Part shown: piece by piece, positions 24,886 to 37,400 of the stretch
How positions within the stretch are numbered: the first letter of the stretch is position 1
How the letters are laid out: the number at the start of each line of letters is the position of its first letter
Assembly (NCBI GenBank): GCA_030141605.1
Contig: JAQGDQ010001307.1
Location: 1-48,274 of the forward strand
DNA from: Tubiluchus corallicola
Taxonomy: Eukaryota; Animalia; Priapulida
DNA length: 48,274 nt
Reading direction: 5' to 3'
Translations under genes and position numbers: made by a program
The notes under the pieces: generated by a model
The model's database searches: none
What the model was told of the DNA's origin: nothing
The model's input: the letters and a program-made list of their open reading frames with translations, nothing else

Positions 24886-25905
24886 TTGCAAAAAATCAAA
24901 TTATTTAAGCAAACTGTTTGAAAAGGACAAGGTGTGAAAAACAAAAGTCTAAAAAAAGACCAAATCACTTGGAACGTTTATGAAGGGTTACTTGGATACG
25001 TTAACTATATATATCTTCCGTTCTTGTTGCTTTGGTCCGGAGTGTGCTGTTTTAGGTAATCACTAAAATGCAAGGTCTAAGGCACATTAGCAATTTGATC
25101 TTGGTACGGTTATTGTAATTACTTAGAAGCAAGGTAGCTTGCTCCTTAAACCAAGCTATAAAATTCCGTAGTTAACAGCTTGACAGTGTCTTGTACGCTG
25201 CAAAAATGGCAGTAAAATCTTATTATGCGCTCTTTAAGAGTAGGCCTAAACATTTTTTATATAAACACATTTTTTTCCTATTTCATATTGTTCCTGGGTT
25301 CGACCCGGTAGATAAGCGCATAATGGACATTCCAGAAATTTAAAAAAAGAAACAACATACCATCCAAGCTGTGACATATAAGGGGGAAAGAAACAAGTTG
25401 CTCAGACTTGTCTGTTGAATTTTGATATATATATATATATACAAAAGTTAGGGTTGCGTACGAAACAAATTTATTAACTTTATGAGGAAACGTGTCCGTT
25501 CCACAGAGTCATAGTTTGTTCATTTAAGGCACAATTTAAAAATTAACATGTGGAAATAATAAAAGATAAAGGACAACATTCACTTAATGTTAGTAAATAA
25601 GACTGACAATTGTATTTATTACAATAAAATGTGAATTGTAGTTTTCACTGGTTAACAATTAAGATTCCAACCTTACTATTCATCATTAGATCTGCTGCGC
25701 GTATGCGCATATTAGCTCTTAACCTAATAAGAAGTTAAGCATATCATAAGTTAGACTTAAACTAAACCACTCGCAACCAACATCAGAATCATCTCATTTA
25801 CTTGTGCATACCTTTACGCTCTATAGTTATTCAATTATAGAATTACATTAGGACACAGGTGCTTCCACCTCTTGTTTATTCTTAAAACTATATAAAAGAC
25901 TAGGT

Positions 25906-28900
25906 ATGGGTGCTCCTAATGTAAGCAACATGACGCTGAAAGATGCCTCAGGCACGGCTATGCCTGTAGTTGGCGAAAAAGTTATTGAAACGAAATTTGG
26001 GGATAATAAAGTACGCATTAGATATCAGATAGTAAAAATGAAACAAAATGCTATATTAGGGATAGACGCCTTACACGGAATGAATGCGTCTTTGGACTGT
26101 GGTAAAAAGTTGTTATTTATTGGGAAAAAGGCCCATTTACTTGCTTTAAATAAAATTTGTGAGCAGGAGCCTGATATACTGCTTGCGGATGAGAGTGTTG
26201 ACCTGCCTAGCTGTAGCGAGATAGTAATGCGTGTTCGATTTAAACGTGATAGGCCTTATGGACAGCTGTTATGTGTGGAAATGGCTGAAATTGCACCCGT
26301 GTTTAAGAACCGCTCAGACATAGGATTTGAGGCTGGTTTAATTGGAGTAGAAGAAGTGCGAAAGAGTTCCCTACTTATATGAAATAATTAGAGTAGGCCT
26401 ATCAGAATTAGGAAGAATAATGTAATTGGCACTGCACAGCAGGTTAGCATAGCAGATGTCCATGGTATTGCGATAACGAATAACCAGAAGATTAGGGGCA
26501 GTTCGAGTGATATTAATAGAGAAAATAGTCAGCGAAGGCTTGTGAATGGTAACCTTCACTGCAGGCCCGCGCTGAAACAGGAAGTTTTGCAGAGGTCTTG
26601 AGGTCGCACGTCGCATTTAGCGGTGAACGCTGTGTAGCGCAGCGCGCGTGGTAGTAAAACTCACAGTGTCGCGACTGGTAATTACCCTTTAGAAGTAGAA
26701 TATGATAATGGAATAATTTAGAGAAAGAGCTGAATAAAATTATTCGCGAATTACTAGCAGCTAAAATAATCGTGCCAGCAAATAGTCCCTGGGCGTCACC
26801 CTGTTTGTTAGTTAAAAAGGCAGATGGAAAAAGTTATCGGCTAGTAATAGATTATAGAAAAATTAATAAATGCGTAAGTTCGATGCCTACTCCAGCCGAA
26901 CTCTATCGAATTTTACTGATAAACTACAGGGCGCCAAACACTTCAGCTGTTTATACTTGCGACAAGGTTTCTTGCAAATACCGGTCCATATGGACGATCA
27001 GCCTAAAATGGCGTTCATTACACAAGGTGGTTCATATATGTTTACACGTAGCCCCATGGGTCTTTTAACGAGCCCATCAGTGTTTTGGCGCGTGATCAAT
27101 AAACTATTAGACGGAATCACTGATAAGTTTAGCATAGCGTACCTAGATGATATTCTAGTGCATTCAAAAACGCAAGAAGAGCATTTAAAACCTTACAAGA
27201 AGTTTTTAGACGGCTAAGTGAGGCTAATCTATGGTTAAAGCCTTCAAAATGCCAGTTTTTTAAGTCTGAGGTACAGTTTTTGGGATATATTATTAGTAAA
27301 GATGGTCTCAGACCTGATCCCAAGAGAGCTAAGGCAGTACAAACAATGGACCGACCGATTAATGTGAGAGGTGTGAGAAGTTTTATTGGAAGCTGTAATT
27401 ATTATCGAGCGAATATACCGAGGTTTGCAGTGATCGTTCGACCGTTAACAGAATTAACAAGGAAAAAGTTAAGTTTATTTGGGGAGCAGCGCAAGAGAAA
27501 GCGTTTAAGGAACTAAAAGCTGCGTTATTAAATCCGGTACTACTTACCCATCAAGAAAGGCCATATATTCTATATACAGACGCTAGTCTGTACAGTGTGG
27601 GAGGTGTATTGATCCAGGAAATTAATGGGGTAGAACGGCCTGTGGAGTTTTTCTCACACCAATTAATGCCTACGCGTTATTAGAGCGCAATGATGATGAT
27701 CAGGTTCAGTCTGCCAATTCTTCAGGGACTTTATTCCCTAAGAAAAAGGTTCAATTGCGCGAGGAGGCATTGCTGAAAAGAAACAGAATTAATGAGAATT
27801 CCGAAAATGGCAATGAGCCAAATCCGGAAGTGACCAGGTCAGAGGTCACGGAGTTGACAGCGGATAGTAAACTAAAGGAGACGTTGATCGATAAGAAAAG
27901 GTTTGCTTTGTTGCAGAGTCAAGATGCGACACTTTCTTATTTGACACATGTAATTACGAGTCCTAAGCAGTCTCAGGAGGCGTATAGGTTATTAGAAGAT
28001 TATGCGATAAATGACGATGGTCTACTATGCCGAATAAATAAGAAATATGGGGCGAATGAAAGAAATTATTACTTAATTGTAGTTCCGACGGTTTTAATGG
28101 ATGAAGTGATTAGGGAGGTTCACAGTTCATTCACTGGTGGACATTTTGCATTGGCTAAAACGGTTAATAAGATTTTGGTGGTCCACTATTAGACAGGACT
28201 GTAAGCATTTTATAGAAAGTTGCCCTATCTGTAATAAGAAGAATGGGAATGTCATAAGATTTCCCATGCAAGAGGCACCTATTCCGATAGTGCCTTATCA
28301 AACTGTGGCGACGGATATCGTAGGGCCACTACCTGTGACAGACAGAGGTAACAAATATATAATTTCGTTCACGGACCTGGCCACCAAATGGGTTGATGCC
28401 GTGGGTATACCCGATAAAAGGGCTGAAACGGTAACTGAAGCTTTTGTGAATGAGATTAATTGTAGATATGGGACCCCATCAAATTATTAACGGATAATGG
28501 CATGTCATATGTCAATGATATGACCAAGAGACTGACCAAACATTATGGGATACGCCACATTACAATAACTCCCTATAACCCCCCTGGAAATGCGCTTGAA
28601 GAGCGTTAACATGCGACGTTAATGAGTTTGTTACGGCAGCTAACGGACAAGAATCCCCAAGATTGGGACGGACAGATCCCAAGGGCCTTAGCAGCCTATC
28701 GCACTTCCATACACAGAACGTCGGGATATTCCCCCTATTACCTCCTATTTGTATGTGCACCACGAGGGATGATAGAGAACCATTTGGCAGAGCCGGATAA
28801 ATATGTGGGAGAGGATAATTTTGAGAATTATTTACAAATGATGCATCAGGCTTTTGTGGTAGCTAAGAAGAGAACAGAAGAAGCCAGAGCCAAGTGTAAG

Positions 28901-29950
28901 GAGTTGTATGACCGTAAGGCCCAGACTCATCATTTCAGGGCTGGCGATATTGTCTTCTATTATAACCAAGCTATGAAACCAAAAGCTTCAAGAAAACTGC
29001 ATCAGTATTGGGAAAGTAACTATGTTGTGTTGACGAGATTAGGTAAACATAGGTACAAGATAAAGAACATGGACACGGGCCGGGTAAGAACGTGCCATGT
29101 GACACATTTGCGATTAGTGCCTCCCACGGCTGCCTGGTCAACTAAACCAGGAGCTCGAGAGAAAAATAGAGCAGGCAGACCTCTGCGTAGAGCTGCTCGC
29201 GTTTCTGAACCTGAAATCTCCCAGGAAGGAGATATTGTTAGTAGGAGGGGCCAGGAAGGGTCAGCCCCTGTAGGAACCTCGTTGAAGGGAAGGTAGATAG
29301 CGAGAAGGCTGTAGATAATGCTGAGAGTTTGGCATGGGACCCCTTTAACGCCCCGTTCTTAGAAGCAGATAGAGAGAACCGAGAGGAAATTCCGGAAGTT
29401 AGGTTAGGAGATGACCTTGGCGAAGAGCTGTCTGAAGAAGAGACACCTCGCCCTGGTGTACCAGAAGAAGATACTTTAGAGATCTCTAGTAGTTCGCCAC
29501 CACCCCTGCTATTGCCGGAAGAAGCGCACTCTGGCGCGACCAAGCGGACAATAAGCGATAGTGGTAGCGAATTCTCTGAGGTTAGTGCGAAATCGAGACG
29601 AACCGGAAGTGGTATGACCCATAGCGAAACCTCTCAGACAGGTAGCTCGATAGAAACAGAATATGAAGATGAAGGACCACCTTCTCTGGAAAGGGTTCTC
29701 CTTGTATCTAGGCCCTGCGCTGTGTGGCGCTGGTTGCACTATTAAGAAAGTGTATAGCAATATGGGCAACAAGTGTCCTCACTGTAAAAATATTAGACAG
29801 ACCTAGAAGATTAATTGGAAATTTAATTTAGAGAAGAAGCTTGATTCGAAAAATAATGGAAAGGCATAGTGAAGAGCCAGCCGAATTATGTTAAAGCTTA
29901 AATAGCAATAGATACCAAAGAATTTTAAGGGGAAAAGACAGTGCAGATAA
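25906..29950 (+). mobile_element. Ty3/Gypsy LTR retrotransposon, degenerate pol
   Basis: Order is protease (ILGIDAL), RT (SPWASPCLLVKK, YRLVIDYRKIN, YLDDILVHS), RNase H start (LYTDAS) and integrase (H..GGH...CPIC, DIVGPLP, SPYYLLF). Many frameshifts; paired LTRs not identified. Confidence 0.93.
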
Positions 29951-30341
29951 TTAGAACTCGACCCATATTAAAATAAAATGCTGCCAGAGGTACAGTTCAC
30001 CCACCAGGAGCGCTCATTGGTGAAAAAGAGGCACAGTTCGCTGCTAAAGCGCAGGTCTCAAGCGGTACCCCGTGGCGGTATATGAATCGCGCGCATTCAG
30101 GAACATGCAAATCTAAAAAAAGTTACAAACTAGAAGTTATATATTGAAATATTGGAAACTTGTATGGCAATTTTTTCTAACAGTGCTCCTTCTATATAAT
30201 GTCATTCATGATATTATCTCAGCTCGTGCGTTTTCATGAAACTTAGAATACATATTTGTCACTTATATTCCAGCATATAGATAGAAAAATATTGAAAAAC
30301 TACAAAAAAGACGAATTTTGCTGATTTTTGTGAAATTTTAA

Positions 30342-31695
30342 AGTGCCAGTACTAAATACTCAAACAGGCTCCAGCGAATTTTCTTTTTTATATTATTAGT
30401 GAGGAAGATGGTTAACACATACATGAAAACCAGAAGTTCTGTAGCCCCGCAGTGGGCGAGTTATGAGCCTTACAACTTAACCTTTCCCTGGACTCTTAAC
30501 AAACAGCCGAATTTGAAAAATGCCGTTCTCTGATACTATTAATAGTATGTCAGAAAAAGTTAGGATATCAGAAGACAATGTCTGGGTCTATGTACCAGCC
30601 AACTTACATCGACCCATCTATAATAGTTTATACAGGAGAAAAAGTTAAAGTAACCCCCCCCCCCAAAATAGCGATTTTTTGCCTCTTTTGAGGTCAATTT
30701 CTTGATGCGGTCATTTCTCAGCCAATAGTAGCTCGATCGATTTGATATCTTGGTTACATGGTTTTGGTGGTCGCCCTTCATGTTAGAAAAAAATGATATA
30801 AATTCGTCACCCCTCATGTGCCACCCCCTGCATGGTGCTCTCGTGGACTCGTTCTTAAGATGTTCAAGTCTTACACTAACTACGGCTGCTTCACTAGCTT
30901 CAGCTGCTGAGCTGTGGTTAGAGGCTTGCCTGAGCGGTTCATACTGGTATGCTGAAACTCCCAAAACGCCTTTGCTTCATGTCACTGCAGCTTCTTCTCG
31001 AATCATTACTGTCGAAATGTCACATCATTAATAAAAATTATTTATAAATCAGTAAAATCACGCTGAATTCTTACTCCATCATGCCTTTGTTCGTCAGTAA
31101 CGCTGTCAATAGCAACTGTGTGAATTCTCAGATTCAGCTATCAACTGAAAACAGCGACCATTTTTCTCATAGGACCACATCGTGTTATAATTATACAAAA
31201 ATCATTATCGAAGGACAATCCAAGTTAATTATGAAAAAATCGCCAGGATTCAAGCAAAATGAAGCAGCTTTTGATAATTATGTGGTCATTTGCTAATGGA
31301 ATATATAAAAATGTGCAACACTTTTCTATCATATCAGTTATCATTAAATTTTAACGATTTTTTCAATGCATTAGAAATCCACAATGCGTCAATTTCCACC
31401 TGCAGAGTCAACAATCCATGTGGCACTTATTAACAATTATTCAGACAAATTTAAAAAACCAATAAACAAAATTTAATAGCAAATTACTGTAAGCGGATTA
31501 TCTATAGGTCTTGTTGTAGTTATCATGAGTATGACTCCCGTCGTCCACTTTCGAGGTAAATAAATAAAGATTTAACATTTGACATAAGAATGACAAGTCC
31601 TGTATAAATTAACTAATTTACACTATTTATTCTACTCTGTAGCTGACAAACATTATCTAACACTTTGACATTACATAAAAACTAATACTGGCACT
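30342..31695. mobile_element. Kolobok-like non-autonomous DNA transposon
   Basis: TTAA followed by AGTGCCAGTA at the left and TACTGGCACT at the right. The minus-strand fragment GVSAYQYEP...VRL (~30860-30964) resembles the N-terminus of P2X7-ballast-like KolX accessory proteins. The right TTAA is not preserved. Confidence 0.5.
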
Positions 31696-32238
31696 AGATT
31701 ACAAAAACTTCAGTACTTCTTGTCAAACGGCGAAAATATCATTGCTCGTCACGCTCTATGATTGCCACATAAAGGGTGAGAAAAACCCGATTTAGAATCC
31801 TAAATAGATAGCATTTACGAAACAAAACGGTGCATCGTCAATACAGTGACACTGACAGCAAGCAAGTGCCAATGAGAAACCCCATGTGAAATAGCGCCAA
31901 AGTGAATACATTTACATGACCGGCCTAGGTCACAGTTACAATTGGGATTAGAATTAGCCATTTGAGAGATAATTTATGCGCAAGAATTATGGCATTTTTG
32001 AATGATATGATATTCCGATGGCAACTGCACGAGTGAAAAAATAACTTCATGTGTGGAACGATCGTTAACTGACACTTGCGCGATATCAAGATGAGTACCT
32101 TAAGTTATGTGATAAATTATTCTAAATTCTTTAATAAGTGCTACATGAACCGTAATTGAACTATCTTGTGAATTTCTTATACAGAGCATTTAAAATATTT
32201 CATCAAATTATTTTACTGTTGTCAGTAAAAATCTCTAG

Positions 32239-34374
32239 ATGCCAAAAATGATTCGACTTAACATAAGACGTTTTTCAAACGTACTTGCTATAAGTCCAAC
32301 TGGTATTTGCACGTTTGTTATAATAGTTTATCATTTTCTTTCTTTAAACTTACTGCTCAGGAATGAAATAATGGTTGGAAAACAAATGCCAACTAAAACT
32401 TTAATTCAGAACATGAACAAAGATTATTTCAAAGTAAAGAGGAAAAGGTGTGAGAAAAAAAACTTCGTAAAAATAATGAAGACAACGTTTTTTGATTCAG
32501 TTACTAAAACTGATCTTTCGTATACTAAAATAATTAACTTTGTTGAGCGAGATAGGCGATTCACACGAGAAAAAACGGTGACTATAGCAACGCAAACATC
32601 TTGGCATTTTATGCACCATTTGGTAGATTTGGCTGAGAGGTTTGATGGACCAATTTCAGCAGCTTTATATACACCAGGTGATAGTTTTGATTTCATAATA
32701 AATAGAGTAAATCTATATCGAAGATGTCACCTAAAATTTTCGCATTTAGTCTCAATTTCTCTATTTTTTCCAACAAATGCGCCTCCAGTTAATGAAAAAG
32801 AACAAAAAGAGATTCAGTTAGTTTGCGACAACATCTCCTTGCCACCATCCTATGGTCCTGATACATCGCGTTATGGAACTTATCCAATAAACGTAGGGAG
32901 AAATGCAGCTCGATTAGCAGTTTATACAGAATATGTTTTGCTCCTGGATGTGGAACTGAAACCTACTCCATTTTTAATGGGAAAGTTTGTCGACATGTTG
33001 AACAGAAAAACAACACAGCCTATGCAGAACGCTGTGTACGTTATTCCAATTTTTGAAATTGCTGATGACCAAGACATACCTAGGAATAAACGACAACTGC
33101 TAAAACTGCTAAAGCAAGGAAAAGCAGTGTCGTTCCACAAAGTAAGTAGGCGTGTGGCAATTTCTTTTATAGTTATATCTGCATATGTTCTCTCGTCTCT
33201 CTCTCTCTCTCTTTCCTCCTCTCTCGCTTTTTCCGCAGGCGTGACTTTTATGTGACATATGACTTATATGTGAATGTCTAACAAGAAATCTGTTATATTG
33301 TGATATAATGTGCATCAGTGCATCAGTGTGAGCAGAAAGATCGAGATAGATTGAAAGTAATACAATTGTGGACCTATACGTTGTGATTTAAAAATAAAAA
33401 GTATGGTAACGCAAAAAAAACTTGTAAACAAGAAAACTGTATCAATTTTAAACTGTGACTGGTGTTTTGATACTCTGTAGCCTATACTGATTCAGCCAGA
33501 AACAAACAGAGAAAGTATTCATTTAAGTTCTCTAAGAAATAAAAATTCTAGAGGACAGAAAAGTGATGTTGAAGTCTTTAAAGAGTCAAATATTAGACTA
33601 ACCGAGCAGTTAGAAATGAAAGACAGTTTGGGGAAATAACACTCTATAGTTTGTGCAAAAACTGATGGCTGAGAACTGATTTCCTGCAAAACTGTTAGTC
33701 CTGTTTCAGATATTTTTGCTATAATCCTGATTGTACGAAAATTATAGAGGATGTGAAAAACGAAAAAAAAGAAATGGTAGTAGGGGTAATGTTACGATAC
33801 TGTGTGTTTTTGACCTTTGTCCTCTGGGGGTGCCCGACCCCCTCATTTTTTACCCCTTTCAAATAGCGGCTCCATTCCTTACCCTAGCTGCAAACCCTAA
33901 CACCCTTCAAATAATGGAACTGCCGAAATAATGTCCAATGCTAACTCTAACTGCACCTTAGCCCTCCAAATAATGTCCAACCCTAACCCCAGCTATATGA
34001 AAGTTTCCTTAAATGAGATTTGAACCGCCGTTTGATTGAGTGCAGGTCCTCCCCCATACCCTGGCCATGCCGTCTTTGATTGGTTTGCATGTGTTAAATG
34101 TGATATAAGTGTTGTAGGTTCTTTGCACATGCGTGTTTGCACTATCTCTATCTTGTTGCGAAATGAGGTGTAGGTTTGCAAATGCGCTGTTGGTCTAACC
34201 GTATCGTTAGGAAATGATAATGTTTGTTTAGAGCGTGGTTGTTCTAAGATTGTGTAATGATCTTATGCAATTGCTTTTCTGATTGTGTAATACATGAAGA
34301 CATGCACGTTAGAGCTCGTTGTTTAATCATCAACACATGCTATTTAATTAAGCTTTACAGAAAAAATTTTGTTT

Positions 34375-34409
<35 letters not shown>

Positions 34410-37400
34410 TGAAATACTTCTCCAAACAACAAAATCACATTTTCATAAATATTTATTGATCGAGTACAAATGAATTCTACATTTGATTACATGTTTCTAT
34501 AATTATTAAAATTCTACACATTTGATTATGCATTTCTGTATATATATATTCGTCATTTCGAAAAATCCTACCTCTCCAACTGGACTGAAGAATTGTTCAC
34601 TGTCAGCCAGGTGTCCGAAGACAGTTCTGCGGTGTGGCCGCCCACCTATCGCATAACAGTGCACGGCATGTTCTATTGTATTGAGTGGAAAAGTTGCAAA
34701 GTCGGACAATGTTTATCGGGTGGAAAGACTTCTCCAAACCAAAGGCAGAGGAAAACCTGAAATGTTTGTTCATGAAATGGCCAGGTTATCCGTTTTTTAC
34801 GAGTTGCTGGCTTCTAACACTTCGCCCAAACAGCATCAGGAAAACAGACCCGGCCCCTTCCGAGCGCAGTTGCTCGACTCACTCTAACTGAAGGGAGACT
34901 GGGAAGTGGGTCTGACGAAAATAGTCTATCCTCGCTCCTTTTACAACTACGAGAGTAATGCTTCCATGTCTGGAAAAGCCATCAGGCTACATGTGGCGAG
35001 CAATTTTCGCTCGCACTCTAAGATAGAGTTACCCAATGTACACTACAGCAACGCCGAGGAATTGATGCGCTACGTGCATGAACAGTTGCCCAGAAATTTT
35101 GTTTGACGTGAATTTTCATCCCATCTCCAGACACTCTCACTGGTCGGTGGAGGGAGAACTTTCCACTCTGGTCTTGTGCAAACCGATTGCAGACACTTCT
35201 GGAACATCGTGGAAATGGTGCTGACTCGAGGCAAATACCAGTCGCCCCATCCCTGCATAGTCAACGGTCAACATATCACGGTCAACAGACCCTGTGTATA
35301 CATGTGGATTGCATAGAATATTCACCCATGGGTGCCGCTCCTGCATGCCGCCACCATAACCATTGAGAGAGAGCACGGTGACACTGTGATGCACGAATTT
35401 CGACACATCTACTATCTCTATGTCAACAGGAGTCGCGCGAAGGGTCTAAAAGTCTACGTGTGCGACGACACAGGCAGAAAAGTGGACTTCTGCTGGGTAC
35501 TCTTGAATATTTACTTTAGACTGGTGCTGTAGCTAATAAGCAAAAGTGACCGCATCCAGTGTGGTGCGGTGCTCAGAAGTGCGAGGATGGTGGTTCCTAT
35601 TACATGTTTTACAGCAAACCTCAAGGGGGGTTTTGTCAGCATATGCCGGTGAGAGCCTACAGTGCTGCAGGGATCTATTCGGACTCTTGGCACAATAAGC
35701 CATACTGCTGATGCGAAAAATCTCCACAGTGGCCAAGCCGGCGGGTTGCCTGGCTCTGGGTGCCACAAAAGATGCAGCCAAGACCACCGCCAAGCAAGTT
35801 GCCGCAAGTTTGAAAGATGCCCTGGTGCAGGAGATAAGCAAATCGTGTCGAGTGTCAAAAAGTGCAAATGGAGCAAAACCAGGCCGCCGCTGCCTCGAAG
35901 AGGACCGAGAAAGCAGACAGGTGCCAGTAGGTACAAGAGTGTCAGAAGGAGGAGTAGAACTGGAATGAAAAAGGAAAGAAGAAGAAAGGTAGTCGACATC
36001 TTTTGGAGAGCATGGACACGCTGGCAGACCCAAGTGGCCATTTCCGAAGGACAATAGGTGGATTTTCACTTAATCAACACATACACAGAGAACATGACAA
36101 GTCCCATCAATTTTCACGTGGTAGGCAGTTTGGAAGAATATCTTAACTGCGATGATGCTCTGCTGGTCTTGGACCTGCGCATGTCAACTGCCGATGGAGA
36201 ACCGGTTTCCGGGGTGGGAGAGAACCCTCTTCTGCATGTGGGTCCAGTAAATTTGCCGGCCACTTCCATGTTTTCAGATTGCGAGGTGATCTTGGGAAAC
36301 ACTCAGATACAGGGTGGTTCGCAAGACTACGGCTACAGGGTTTACCTGCAAACCCTGCTGCAATTCAAACCCGAGTAAAATGCATGCAACTGGATCCTGC
36401 CAACCCGCAGATCGACCAACTGACTCAAAATCAGTTGTTGAGAGAAAGGGCAGCTCTGCTATGAGATGGAGTGCCAGCATGTCACCAAACTGTTTGTGGC
36501 TTTTTCCGTCAACCCCACTTTCTGCTAACCAGAGTAAATTTGCGCATAAGACAGCAGGCGGATTGGTACGTGATGAATGCATAAGCGGATCGCGTGTTTA
36601 CAACTTTCGTCATTTTAACATCAATCAAGTGAGCGTGTAGGTGGGTTCGGAAGAAATGCCTCATCGCACTTTCCACCCAGATCTCGAGAGAGGCAAAGTG
36701 GCGCACGAGTTTGCAGCTTTCTACCAGGCGTTCAACCTGTTTGGAGGAGATAAAGGAATGCTGGTGCCGGAACAATTTGCAGCACCCAGTTTGCCTTCAA
36801 CTTGAGCCCTGACCAGAGTCTGGTGCATCATCGCCAAGGCAACAAGGCCGATCAGGTCAAGATTGAATAAAAATTTGGAGAAGTGCTGCCACAAACCACC
36901 AACGTGGTGGTTGTGTCAATGGTATGTACGATGCCAAGATGGAGATCATGAAATTGCTAGACGTCATATCTCTATGAAGGAAGTGGCCCCGCTGATCGGA
37001 CTGCTAAAGACATTGGCTAAAGCGGCAATGTCCGTCCAACAATGACGAGGAGCTTAGCATAGTTTTGCTGCCAGTGTGGCTGTGGTGGGACTGGGCATCG
37101 CACATTTGCGAGAATTTATGAAAAAACGGGTTCCCCTGCTGGCCAGAAGACAGTTTCGTGGCGTTTACTCGGCATCCGAGTTGCTTGAGTGTGAAGGATG
37201 GAGACCACCCGCCAGTTTCGTGGTGAACACTCAAATGGACAATTTGCCATGCAGTCACTTGGTGGCACTGTACGTGAGCAATTCCGGATGCAGAGAATGC
37301 TTCGATTCGTACTGACTGGCTCTCAACTACAGAATCTGAAGCTTTATAAACCGAAAATGAGGTCGCATTTAGACTTTCAACACCAAAGACTTCCAGTGGC

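Noticed and set aside
33860-33990. CCCTAA-like motifs near the Polinton left end as telomeric repeats
   Set aside because: They are scattered and degenerate, not a tandem array.
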